DNA of 32,912 nucleotides, from contig JARFOE010000168.1 in the NCBI GenBank assembly GCA_031763465.1, positions 8,447,137 to 8,480,048 on the forward strand. The letters are read 5' to 3'. Position numbers and translations under genes: made by a program. Below the pieces are notes generated by a model. The model was not told where the DNA came from. It was given only the letters and a program-made list of their open reading frames with translations, and made no database searches. Positions 1-11,229 of this stretch are shown here, in pieces. Numbering within the stretch: the first letter of the stretch is position 1; each line of letters begins with the position of its first letter. The DNA comes from Squatina squatina (taxonomy: Eukaryota).

Positions 1-552
1 ACCTCTTTTAGTGCCACCTGTCACACTGGACAACGCTGTGTCAGGCAGGAGTGGGGATTCGCCATCATCAGCTGCTACAGGCTATTGAGACTGAGAGAAG
101 TAATCTGAGTTTCACAATGCAAATGAAGGTGATTGTCAGATATTGTAAAAGGTTTGGACTTCATCAGTTCAAAACGGAATTCATTACTGTCAGATTTTAT
201 AATGCTTTCTATTAACAGTTTAGTTTATAAATTTAAAGAGCTTGTCATGACACTCGCCATTCTAATTCTCGGGTTTGAATCTCTGCAGATTATGAGTTGA
301 AGCATTCACTGTGATTTGTAAGACCACGATTCTGAATTAAGATGCTTTGGCAAAGAATGATATTGCAGGACGCTACAGCCCAGTTATGAAGCTACAGCAA
401 TTATTAAGTTATATTTCCCAAACCACTGCAAATCAAATCTGAACAGCATCATGATTAATAAATCATGGCCTTTTCCCTAAAGAAACGCATCACTTGTAAA
501 GATACATTCTCTGAAAACATTATCACGTACCTTTTCACCAGGCTGGCTGTGG

Positions 553-716
553 ATATTGGAAAAAATCAGCAGGTCAGGCAGCATCTGCGGAGAGACAAAA
601 AGAGATACTGACCTGAAACATTAACTCTATTTCTGTCTCCACAGAGGCTCCCTGAACTGCTGAGTATTTCCAGCATTTTCTCATTTTATTTCCAGCAGCC
701 GCAATATTTTCCTTTT
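553..716. mobile_element. Penelope-like element terminal sequence in inverted (fold-back) arrangement
   Basis: Left arm GGAAAAAATCAGCAGGTCAGGCAGCATCTGCGGAGAGACAAAAAGAG (~558-604) is the imperfect reverse complement of right arm CTCTATTTCTGTCTCCACAGAGGCTCCCTGAACTGCTGAGTATTTCC (~625-671). The right part (GACCTGAAACATTAACTCT...CCAGCATTTTCT...GCAATATTTT) aligns by eye with the copy at 15162-15278. Inverted termini are an established feature of Penelope-like insertions; family assignment is by recall. Confidence 0.7.
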
Positions 717-908
717 ATTGGGAATTTAATTTTGTTTTAATATATTTTGAGTTGGTACGTGGCGGGTGATATGTTGAAGAATGTGAGGCATAGAAACAGA
801 AAATAGGANNNNNNNNNNNNNNNNNNNNNNNNNNNNNNNNNNNNNNNNNNNNNNNNNNNNNNNNNNNNNNNNNNNNNNNNNNNNNNNNNNNNNNNNNNNN
901 NNNNNNNN

Positions 909-1660
909 TAATGTGAATGAGCATAAGGTAATATATACTATGAGAAAAACAAGACTGGCAGCAGACATTTAATAGAAATGCGCTAAGGGATGTGGATGAA
1001 CAGAGATCCAAGGGTTTCAAAATACAATTCTCCGAAGGTGTAGGTGGATAAAGCCAAATATGGCTAATAACAACTCGAGTTTATACATAGGGGTATATAG
1101 TAAAGAGTAATGATAAATTTCTACAATGCATTGGACAGGTTATAGTACAGAGTGCAGTTATGGACACTCCATTATAGAAAAACGAGTAAAGTCATAGATT
1201 CATCAGGATGATGCCAGGAATAGGAAACTACAGTTATGAGGGGAGACTTGAGATACTTGGACAATTTCAGTGGAAGCATAAAAGGTTAAAAGGAGATTTA
1301 ATAGTGATTTTTAAAATTATGAGTTGTTTTCATTAGAATAGGGAAAGATTATATCCTCTGGTTGGGGAAGTCAGTGATGAGTGGTCATCAATTTAAAATT
1401 ATCACTAAGATAGAGCGAGGAGAGAGGTCAGGAGAAATGTCTTCACACAGAGGGGTTATTGGAGCATGGAATATTTTCTCACGAGGAACAGTTGGGTCAG
1501 AGACCATTGCACCTTAAGGAAAAATGAGATCAGTATTTGAAGTAGAGCAAGGCACAGGGCTGTGGAAAGAGAACAGCAGAGTGACATCAGTGAATACTCT
1601 AGCAAAAAGCTGGCACAATTACATAGGGCCAAATATGCGGTAAACATCTATGGTTCTACA
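909..1660 (+). mobile_element. Decayed CR1/L3-clade LINE, 3' end (ORF2 C-terminus and 3' UTR)
   Basis: Degenerate CR1 ORF2 C-terminal motifs: GTGCAGTTATGG (VQFW-like), CAGTTATGAGGGGAGACTT (SYEERL-like), AAAAGGTTAAAAGGAGATTTAATA (RLRGDLI-like), TTCACACAGAGGG...TGGAAT (FTQRV..WN-like). Ends in a TCTATGGTTCTA tail. Many stops and frameshifts. Confidence 0.8.
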
Positions 1661-1759
1661 ATTCAACTTGGCATCATTCTCTTAACAACAGAGTATTACT
1701 TTGTGTCTTTCATCACTTATCTAATTCCAGTTTTAAATCTCTCTTTCCCACTGCTTTAA

Positions 1760-1935
1760 GCTTAAGCAGCAGCCTTTCATGTGGAACTTTGTCAAAGTCT
1801 TTTAGAAAATCCAGGGACACCACAGCATGGAGTGTTCAGCAGTCCACTTGGAATGCAACTTCCTCAGCAAAGCCAAGGAAGTTGATCAGGCAGAGAGATT
1901 CCCTTCTGAATCAATGTTGGCTCCTGTTTATTAGT
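1760..1935 (-). mobile_element. CR1 LINE reverse-transcriptase fragment (decayed)
   Basis: Minus-strand translation INRSQH*FRRESLCLINFLGFAEEV...VVSLDFLKDFDKVPHERLLLK resembles the CR1 RT consensus SQHGF..GRSCLTNLLEFFEEV...VYLDF.KAFDKVPH.RLL.K. Confidence 0.8.
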
Positions 1936-1959
1936 TCATGAATAAAACAGATGTAGGTA

Positions 1960-2390
1960 ATGAAATGGTCATTAAAAAACTGGAGTGCTTAAATATTCAT
2001 TAGGCATCAGGGCTGGATGGAATGCATCCAAGAATAGTGAATAAAATGTGACATGAGGAGCCAAGCTATAGTTGGAATTTTCCACTTATGGAACTTAAGA
2101 TCAGATGATTGAAAATACTTGAGATTCCAATGGTCCAATTGAGAAGAAGTCAAAACAATGATAGGACTATTAGCCTGACATCTAAAGTAGGAAAAACATT
2201 TGAAGTCCATTAGAAAGGAAGCAATTAACTAGTAAGGTCAATAAATTCAAACCAACGTGGTTTATGAAATGCTGGTCACGCCTAACGAATTCATTGGAAT
2301 TCTTCAAGGGTATAATCTAATTGGCAGATGCGATCCATGTTCTCAGTCTTTACTTACAAAAGGCATTCCTCCTCACCCTGAAGGCGCTGA
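1960..2390 (+). mobile_element. CR1 LINE RT N-terminal fragment (decayed)
   Basis: Plus-strand remnants ASGLDGMHPRI (cf. KSPGPDGIHPRVL) and NDRTISLTSKVGKTFE (cf. NYRPVSLTS.VGK.LE), then QHGF/LEFF-like traces with frameshifts. Confidence 0.7.
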
Positions 2391-2884
2391 CTCTTGGGGT
2401 GCAGTTCCACAGACACTTGCAGACAACTGGTCCTTCACCAAAATACCCAAATGGCCATTCTTCTTATGGAAACTTGGGCATTCCGAGTTGGCAGGCTTTC
2501 CCACCATGGGGGCAACACAGCAGATCCTAATGCTGTTGTCATTTTGATGTGTAGGGGGTCATTGGATAAGAATAGAGGAAGAACCAAGGCTGATTTTCTT
2601 TCTTTGACCAGATATGCTGCGGCCAGTTGTCACCTGGAGTAATATGCATTAACGCAGCAGGGATCAGGTATCGAGCCTGAACCTGCAGGTCTGTATTCAT
2701 CCANNNNNNNNNNNNNNNNNNNNNNNNNNNNNNNNNNNNNNNNNNNNNNNNNNNNNNNNNNNNNNNNNNNNNNNNNNNNNNNNNNNNNNNNNNNNNNNNN
2801 NNNCAGTTCTTACCTTCTCCTCTTCCCTCCCCACAACCCAACCCACATCCCTTTTTCATATCTGATACCCAAAAACTGGATTCT

Positions 2885-3753
2885 GCAGCGGAGGAAGAGG
2901 CACCCTCACTCGATCTTACACTCACAGCCACCAGCTCAGATACTGACACTCCGCGTATATTAGAGGCTCGGATAGAAAAGGGACCTGCATGTGGTGAGGC
3001 GCTGGGCACAGGTGCCAGGGCTGGGGGAAAGGATAGCGTAGATGCCAGCTCATGGGAAGTCACACGTTAGTTCTGCTTCAGAGGTCTCAGATGATGACTT
3101 TGATGGGCCAGGCTACAGAAGAACGCTGATGGATGCACATAACCAAATGCTTGGTGCCCTATAAACTCTGCCAGAAAGCTTGCGCACAATATCAAGGAGC
3201 ATGGAGGAGTTCGGCACCAACTTGGCACAGGGCTTTGTGCAGAGCTTGGCGCCCATCCTTTCCAACATGGAACCTCCATCACCACACCTGTGAAACCCAT
3301 CATGATACAGTGCCTGATGACCAAGGTCATAGCTTCCACTACAGCACAAACAGATTCCATCAAAGGTCTGAGTGCTGCAGTAGAATCTCAGGCTGCTGCC
3401 ATCATGGCTCTGGACACCAGTGTTCAGAAGGGCTTCCAGGGCATCACGGTGGTCCATCAATCTGTTCCCCAACAGATCACGCTGCCCTAAGAGAAGGGCA
3501 CTGGCTCCACAGAGCACAAATCTGCTTCCCTCTCTGAGGATAGCAGCCTTTGTGCTCCCACCCATGCCACTCTGCCAGTGAGTGCCCCTGTCAGCCCGCC
3601 AGCCCAGTCTGCTGCAGCGTAGGTGCAGTCTGAAGCCCAGCCTTCTCGGGCCCAGAGCTGCTTGAGGTTGCCCTCCAAGGCCATCTGCCGCCTCCTCAAT
3701 TGGAGGTCAACAGTCTTCCACCAACTATGCTGCAGCCACTGGGACGGAGCACT
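2885..3753 (+). mobile_element. Decayed ORF, probably the C-terminal low-complexity/coiled region of a PIF/Harbinger Myb/SANT-type accessory protein
   Basis: GC-richer, codon-like stretch reading EEEAPSLDLTLTATSSDTDTPRILEARIEKGPACGEALGT...DDDFDGPGYRRTLMDAHNQMLGAL*TLPESLRTISRSMEEFGTNLAQGFVQSLAPILSNME...DSIKGLSAAVESQAAAIMALDTSVQKGFQGIT with stops and frameshifts. Resembles multicopy shark transposon-derived ORFs from memory; no Myb domain or TIR is visible because gaps flank it. Confidence 0.45.
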
Positions 3754-4729
3754 NNNNNNNNNNNNNNNNNNNNNNNNNNNNNNNNNNNNNNNNNNNNNNN
3801 NNNNNNNNNNNNNNNNNNNNNNNNNNNNNNNNNNNNNNNNNNNNNNNNNNNNNCCATTGGTACAGCTGCTGTATGAGTGGCCGACAGCCATTATACAAAC
3901 ATACTCAGTTAGTCATGCACATAGCCTTCTGATCCTTTGTAGCATACAAGGCAGGTGGTGAATTCTATACTTCGATAGTATACAATCACTACGACAGTGA
4001 GGTTTGCACTGAGGTGCAGCCCTTTCCAACTCCAGGAGATTTTACAAAAGAATTTCCATCACTTATACTGATTGGGTCACTATGCATCTATAAATAGAGA
4101 CATTCCGACAGATCTGGGCTGCAGTCTTGGTGATTATTGAGATTATGACTATGCCAGATGGGGTTCTACCAGGCTATCATTTCAATCTGTGAGTTATGCA
4201 GCTTTAAGTTAGAGACTAGAAATTAATTGTTGGCTTCAAGAGTGAATTCTGCTCGAGCAGGCACTCCACTTAAAGACATGAATAAGTTTGTGGCCCTCTT
4301 TTCTACATTTAATGCATGATGGAAACTAAGACACTGACATTGATCATAATTATATTACAATATTGGGGAATAGTTGCACACTTGGCTGCTGCTGTTCCTC
4401 CACAGTATAAACTCTCATTGCAGCCTGATTTATAGAACCACGTGAATCAATAGCTATCAGCCTCACTGATTACAATTAATTAGGACAGTGAACTGTTGCT
4501 GGCAGACTCAGTAGAAAATAAGGCGTCGAGTTATTCAGGATCTCATTATATTTTTGGCAGCACAAAATCCTGGTATAAAATACGTCTCATATTTTCTTGA
4601 GCAGGAGATTTGAAGGGTCTTTTCAGGGTNNNNNNNNNNNNNNNNNNNNNNNNNNNNNNNNNNNNNNNNNNNNNNNNNNNNNNNNNNNNNNNNNNNNNNN
4701 NNNNNNNNNNNNNNNNNNNNNNNNNNNNN

Positions 4730-4772
4730 CATCCTGAGGCCGTGAAGGGCAATATATAATTGCAAGTTCTTT
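4730..4772 (+). mobile_element. DeuSINE 3' tail fragment
   Basis: CATCCTGAGGCCGTGAAGGGCAATATATAATTGCAAGTTCTTT matches the reverse complement of the tail of the full copy at 31832-31870 (GTGAAAGGCGCTATACAAATGCAAGTCTT). Confidence 0.7.
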
Positions 4773-5409
4773 TTCAGCTTTTGGAGGTAGCTTGAGACTA
4801 ATGCAAGCTGTAGCTTTGCTGGAGGAGTAAAACTATAGCTAGATGTCAGCCTGTCAGGAAATCATTGCTTCATTGTCCCTAAGGGTCAGGGTAAGACTAC
4901 AAGAAGGTGTCATAACAAGGATTCAGCGCTGACAGTCCACGTCAGTGAGACTTAACTCCAGCACAACCTTACTGAGTGTATTCCTGCACTTGTCTTCATT
5001 GTATTAATTCCCAAAGCAGTGCCGAAATAATGCCTGCACACCCTGTCATACTCAGTGAGCGGATGGGGATATTATAATGGCACTGGTAATGGGCATCATT
5101 TCAATGTGTCACTGTGGGTGCCAATTGTTCTGCCTCACTTTAGTTTGAAATTGTAATCCAGATGTTTCCTGTTCTCTTGAGGCAATGTCACTCTGAGGCT
5201 CACACAGATATTCTGCAAATTCTAAATCGCAATTCAAAGGACGTGAGTGACTTGAGTCTTATTTTATCAATCGTTTCTCATTTCCATGCGCTATTTCCGA
5301 TTGTTATTTTATAAATCACATGCAAATGAAACTTACCTGAAAGCAGACAGCAGTAATTTGTTTCCCAAGAAAACTGGGGCTTTTTTCCCGTTAGAACAGA
5401 TTGTGGGGC

Positions 5410-5735
5410 GATACAATGGAAGTGAAAGGATAGGACAGGGGAGGACAGAGGCAGAGTGTTTATCAAGAGTTGAGGGGTCGGGAATGAAGGGCCAGAGATA
5501 CAAGAGGGCAGGAGAAAGACCTTCACACAGAGAGTGGTGAGTCTGTGGGATTCACTTCCAGGGTCAGTGGGTGAGGCAGAAACGATGTCAAGATTCAAGA
5601 TTGAATTGGAGAGGTAGAAGGGATTGGGAACAGGATGGGTGAATATGATTGGAACTATTTTCCCACGTGGAAGGTAGACACCAACATGGATTAGTTGGGC
5701 CGAATGGCCTGTTTCCCTATTGTGACTCCTTTGTA
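5410..5735 (+). mobile_element. CR1 LINE 3' end (decayed)
   Basis: TTCACACAGAGAGTGGTGAGTCTGTGGGATTCACTTCCA (FTQRVVSLWDSLP), GAGGCAGAAACG...TTCAAG and the 3' UTR motif TTGGGCCGAATGGCCTGTTTCC typical of CR1 ends. Confidence 0.85.
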
Positions 5736-6109
5736 TTTTGCTTGTGAGAAAGTATTTCAAATTTAACAATGATCAAATAAGGCTGAGGTCACCTTTAATG
5801 ATTACTGCTTTTCTTTTCTGTTTCTTCGCTGTGGCTAGCAGTGATTTAAACTGATAAAATACCCCATCCTCTTCAGGTGGGTGCTGATTGAAAAATGTAT
5901 AAAGTCCATGTAATTTGCTGTGCCTGGCCTTTATCCAGCAAAGTCGACCCATGTCCTTTGGGTCACAGGATACCTCGAAGACCTCTTAGTACAGAGGAAA
6001 ACCCAGGCACACTCCATTAGTGATAAGCAAAGCTGGGGTATTTGAATAGGATTAGTATCTGAATTAAGCACTGATACTATCTGATTTGGAAGAAAATGAG
6101 CTTAAACAA

Positions 6110-6325
6110 ACTGAATGGTACAGTGCATTAGAACTCTATTATAAAGCAAAGAATTCTCACCTCTGGAGACCTGAGTTCTAATTCAACCCTGGGAAAGATG
6201 ATGAAGGTTATTCTCTAATGGCTGGTAAAGGTTATATTTGAAATGAGTTCTATCAGTCTTTACCCAGTTCTTCATTGACATGATACCACAGCATAAAACC
6301 AGCTCAAAAGTGGTATTTAATAAAT
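6110..6325 (+). mobile_element. LF-SINE-related tRNA-derived SINE, 5' half (old copy)
   Basis: Colinear blocks resembling the recalled LF-SINE consensus: ACTGAATGGTACAGTG, TCACCTCTGG...CTGAGTTCTAATTCAACCC (decayed B box), TAATGGCTG, TGAAATGAGTT, CCAGTTC, CCACAGCATAAAACCA, AAGTGGTATTTAAT. Confidence 0.65.
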
Positions 6326-7879
6326 CAATTTTTGTGCAATATTTGCAGGATAATATCAAGACTTGGGATCAATCCATTTGGCAGTTTTAATTGTAAGATA
6401 TCCCCAGGAGTGTGGAGATTAGAAATGTCTTTTCTCCTTTTACATTAATTCTTACCGGAAGCTTGAAAAGAACAGCTTCAAAAAGACTGCAGCTGCCTCC
6501 ACTGATTGTTCACAGTGCAGTGNNNNNNNNNNNNNNNNNNNNNNNNNNNNNNNNNNNNNNNNNNNNNNNNNNNNNNNNNNNNNNNNNNNNNNNNNNNNNN
6601 NNNNNNNNNNNNNNNNNNNNNNAATTAACATGGGGACAGCCTTTGTTTTGCTCTTATACAGCCAGAGATACAGGCCCATTATGTTAGGATCAAAACCATG
6701 GATCAACACAGAAATGTGCCCTTGAAAACGTTCTCCTCTATATCCTGTTACTTCCCCGTACCCTTGTGAATAACACAGTTCCCTTTGCTTCTGTGCATGT
6801 TATGACAGGAAGTCATAGTGGCAATCAGAAGTTAATGATCTGATTCAAACGATGTATCTCACAACTCCTTGGCAGAACTAAAAGGTTTCACCAGTCCAAA
6901 TTAAATTGACAGTTCCTTCACTAATCGCTGCTACATCTCTATCGGAGAAGTTGGAGGAAGAGATTTAGGAATGAGGTGTCACACAAGTTCAGTAATAGCT
7001 GCTGTGTGCCTGGGGTTAAAGCTTTCTGAAGGAGGAATGCAGAAAGCAGCAACTGATCTGTGCATCAACTAACATAACTGACAGCGCACAATACGGATGG
7101 AAGCCAAACTAGATTGCAAAGTCAGGATGTGCCAGTATGANNNNNNNNNNNNNNNNNNNNNNNNNNNNNNNNNNNNNNNNNNNNNNNNNNNNNNNNNNNN
7201 NNNNNNNNNNNNNNNNNNNNNNNNNNNNNNNNNNNNNNNNCGATAGACTGGACATTTTAACATTATTTATGAAGGGGATTGATGTGTGAAAACTATCTTT
7301 TCACCTGGTAGTTCTTTAACAGTTGCCAAGTAAATATTTTAATCTCCAGCACAGTTTCACCTCAGTCACGCAGGCTTGTTTTAATGGACGAAGCCTGCTG
7401 CAAACTGCGCCACGTCCAAAATGCAGACAGTGGCTGGTATTCTCTCCAGAATGACCGGGTGGTTGATAAAAGGCTCAGTTTAAGAGCAGTGTTCAGTAAC
7501 TCCTCGCCATCATGTGCCAAGACAACAAGGTCATAATTCATGGAGAATTTATTTAGCGGGAACATGGTCTGAGCCTAATTAAATGATAATGATGTGTGTT
7601 TAGTGTTCCATATTTGCCTTAAGCAATCAAATGATTAGATTGTTGTTTCAAGCTGTGAGGCTGAGACATTAAACAGGTTCAGTTAGTCACAGTAATTCCC
7701 TTTTATATTTACTTTATAGTCTGGTATATAATTTGTATCTGCATAAAGCTTGCTTCTCGATTTTATGGTTGCTGGTTTTGTATAAACTATAAATCATTTC
7801 CCAATGTGTAGGAAACATGAAGATCCAGCTGAGGAGCTCCCTGAACACTCAGATGTACATTACAGCAGTCAGCAGCTGG

Positions 7880-8160
7880 GAAACACAAGCTAGGAAGATC
7901 CCAGGTTAGATGCTCTGCCGTTGCCGAGTCCACTGATCTCCATCAAGTGGCGGTTGGCGGATTAAACAATTCCCTCAGTGCCCTGAGTTGGATGGGAGAA
8001 GATTATCAAGTCTTGCCACTCACTGACGAAGCCTGTTGGATGTGCGTAGACATTGAGTAAGGACTCAGTTAGGTTTGGCTGTGAGGTTTCCTGTAGTTGA
8101 AAGCCTGCCAATCCTCATTGCCTGAGCTCGCACATAAAGAATGGCCCCTGAGTGATTTAG
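7880..8160 (+). mobile_element. Decayed SINE-like interspersed repeat (family present three times in the window)
   Basis: Shares GGAAGATCCCAGGTT...GAGT..CTGATCTC...CCTCAGTGCCCTGAG.T.GG blocks with 11270-11430 (+) and 25640-25800 (-). Confidence 0.55.
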
Positions 8161-8186
8161 CTCTGAGTTTGAAACTACAGGTCAAT

Positions 8187-8310
8187 GGTTGCATTTATTC
8201 AAGGGTTTTCACAATCTCGGGTCATCTCAAAGTGCCACTGAAGAACTTCTAAAGTGCAGCCACTGTTATAATGTAGGAAACATGGCAGCCAATTTGTGCA
8301 CAGCAAAGAC
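8187..8310 (-). mobile_element. DeuSINE 3' fragment
   Basis: TTGCATTTAT...TTTCAC...CAAAGTGC...AAGTGCAGCCACTGTTATAATGTAGGAAACATGGCAGCCAATTTGTGCACAGCAA aligns with 31837-31952 of the full copy. Confidence 0.8.
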
Positions 8311-8690
8311 AGTCTATTGCAATTTCCCAAATGAATATATTTTTGACCAATTTCATAGATGCAGGATTTGATTTTAATTAAGTTAATTATCTGAATGTGC
8401 TTAATGAGCTTATGTTTCATGAAAATTCCATGAACTTTTACAATCTTTCTTTGAACTGCAAACATAATGATTATGACAAAGTTAATACGTAGTTTGGTTT
8501 TTGAACAAAGTTGATTAACTTTTATTTATATATTTGCATNNNNNNNNNNNNNNNNNNNNNNNNNNNNNNNNNNNNNNNNNNNNNNNNNNNNNNNNNNNNN
8601 NNNNNNNNNNNNNNNNNNNNNNNNNNNNNNNNNNNNNNNCATGCCAGTTGCTGTTGGTGTCTCTCTGCCTCCAATTGCTCCCCCATCCAG

Positions 8691-8741
8691 ATCAAACTGG
8701 CAATAGTAGCACGCATGATAAGCAGATAGAAATATTTGTGG
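8691..8741 (+). CDS. Candidate 51-bp symmetric (phase 1-1) coding exon of an unidentified gene, (D)QTGNSSTHDKQIEIFV
   Basis: Pyrimidine tract CTCTCTGCCTCCAATTGCTCCCCCATCCAG before 8691, donor G|GTAAGC after 8741, length divisible by 3, open in the phase-1 frame. No homolog recognised. Confidence 0.4.
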
Positions 8742-8939
8742 GTAAGCAAGGCACAAAAAGTGAGAAAGAAGCGATCTGGAAGCTGGAAACTCTCCGGGCA
8801 ATCCAAACAGCAGAAAGATGCTGTGATCGGATTAGCAGTAGATGAGTTCCACGTTATATACAGCTACAGCGGCTCTGACATACCTATCCTGCCAGGTATC
8901 ACTGAAGGGTCTGGCACTGGGCGGGACTGCCATGATTTT

Positions 8940-9170
8940 TAGTAAAAATGGGGCCAGAGCCTAATTGCGTCCCAGGACCCTAAATTAATATATTCATAAG
9001 GCCCCCCCCCACCACCCCAGCACTTGCCTGTAACAGGCACCTTGACCACCTGTGAAAAGTGCACGGTTAAAATGGTGGTGGGCGGGAACGCAGCGATAAA
9101 TACTCCACCGCGGTTTGAATCACCTGCTCAATCTGTTCCTATTGGGAGGGCAGGAGTAAAATGGGGCCTT
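8940..9170. mobile_element. GC-rich non-autonomous DNA transposon remnant (Harbinger-like end)
   Basis: GC island ending GTAAAATGGGGCC followed by TTA. PIF/Harbinger TIRs start GGC/GGGC and target TAA/TTA. The same AAAATGGGGCC motif occurs at ~8945. The matching left TIR was not identified. Confidence 0.3.
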
Positions 9171-9849
9171 ATTGTGACCAGTGAGCAGTGTGCAATCCTT
9201 CAATGGGCAAGTGTACAAGCCACATTCCACTTCTTCTGATAGATTTGGCACAGGAATAATTGATGCTGAATTATAACAAAATTACATTCAGATGGTTGTT
9301 TGGCCTAAATCCAACAGGAGTCATTTTGCAACATGCTGCCCATCCCCATCAGACATTGGACCACACGACTTGGATCAATGGAGATAAATGACTTCCATGC
9401 ATCCAACGTCCATCGGAGACAATCCTAACACAGACTAAAAGCAAAGAAGGATTGTGGTTGGTGGGTTCAAGAGTTGAAAAATAAAACACTTTGGTTCTTA
9501 TTTACATATAAAACGTGATAAAATACAGAAACACCTCACAAATGAGCTGGTATGGGAGATTTTATTTTTCTCCACAAAGATACAGAGGGCAGCTCACTGT
9601 TGACAGTGAGTTATAGCAGTTCCTCCCCCAGTGTGAAATGGTCATAAATCATTAACACCACAGGTGTGACTCAGTTATGATGATGCCCCTTTGCGGACAT
9701 GAATAATTGTCTGAAATTCGCCATCGCTGATGATATTCTGTTTGTTGTCTGGCTGATTCTGTTTATTCTAAAGGCTAAGGCAGAACCTGAGTGCACTGTT
9801 ACTGAATTCTGGAACTGAGAGTGCTTCTGCCCAATGTTAAACATTACTT

Positions 9850-9908
9850 CACACACAGACACGCACACACCCTAACACACACACCCTAACACACACACAC
9901 ACAAACAC
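9850..9908. repeat. Interrupted (CA)n microsatellite
   Basis: CACACACAGACACGCACACACCCTAACACACACACCCTAACACACACACACACAAACAC running into a gap. Confidence 0.95.
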
Positions 9909-11229
9909 TNNNNNNNNNNNNNNNNNNNNNNNNNNNNNNNNNNNNNNNNNNNNNNNNNNNNNNNNNNNNNNNNNNNNNNNNNNNNNNNNNNNNNNNNNNN
10001 NNNNNNNNNACATTTGCTTGCCTTCAGCCGTCACTTCCCATTTTATCCCTCGCCTTTTCTGACAATCCTTGTGTGCTGGGCGGGTTAAAGGAACTGCAGC
10101 AAGCAGACTGTGTCAGGACTCACCACCCACTGTCTCCTCACTCGCTGATTTGTAATTCTTGCAAGGTTTTTAATTTGATTTTACAAGCAACTAGCTTCAT
10201 GCTGTTTATGCACAGCTGTTCAGATCAAGCTATCAAACAAGATATGATGAAATAATACAAGTATGTTGCACAGCATGACTACACAAAGTAGGGGAAGGGA
10301 CCATATGAGCACTGCAGGCGGGGGCTGACGGGCTTTTAATGGGATCTGAGCAGTGACACTCAGTGCCCGCTATTCCTTACCCATACAGAATGCGTCTGCC
10401 AAACAAACAGCAAACTCACAGCATGCCAAGTGCAGCCTCGCATCCTCAGCACATCTAGAGACCACAACAGATTGGCATGACCTTGTGTTGATCACCTCCT
10501 GCACCTCTCCTGTGGAAATGATTCTTTTCCTGGTAAATAATTCTTTACCCTCTTTTCATTTATCTTAAAGAGAAATTCCCCTAAATCTCCGCACTTTCTC
10601 TGAAAGTGGACTGTCTTCCACAGCCCTATTCGGGCCAGATGGTGAAACTTCAAGGTGCCAGTGAAGAGGGATTCGGACTAACTGCTGCTCCAGAAACCTC
10701 GGAACAGTAGCTTCAAAGCAGAANNNNNNNNNNNNNNNNNNNNNNNNNNNNNNNNNNNNNNNNNNNNNNNNNNNNNNNNNNNNNNNNNNNNNNNNNNNNN
10801 NNNNNNNNNNNNNNNNNNNNNNNAAAGATCAAAACTCCTCAACCAGCAGACAAGTAGTTAGCCCTGCCCCCTCTCACTAAACCATCCTGCAGTGTCAGCC
10901 AGTGTCTTACTGGCATGGTCATGCTTCCTTTATGCTTTGCTAAGATTCCATTGAAACGTGCATGTCAATCAGTGTCCAGGTAATGGGAGCCCATCCCCTT
11001 TCAGAATTGGAACATTATATACAGACCAGAGGCGCGTGGAACATGCAGGCTTTTTTGTATGTACATAAGTTTTGGTTTGGAATCAGCCATTCAACTTGAG
11101 TTTTTGCAGTTAAATCGCATGATCACAAGTTGGGGGGGAGGATTTCCATTAAAAATCGTGTGTCTCACAACTAAATCCTGAGAATTGTCATCACTGTCAG
11201 TGTGATTATAACATTGCTGAGATAGAGCT

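Noticed and set aside
2539-3565. Long minus-strand ORFs (174, 98 and 150 aa)
   Set aside because: Antisense shadows of the decayed plus-strand ORF in GC-rich sequence.
5278-5769. 163-aa minus-strand ORF
   Set aside because: Mostly the antisense of a CR1 3' end.
9870-9890. Interstitial telomere repeats (CCCTAA twice)
   Set aside because: Two non-adjacent hexamers duplicated within a CA microsatellite.
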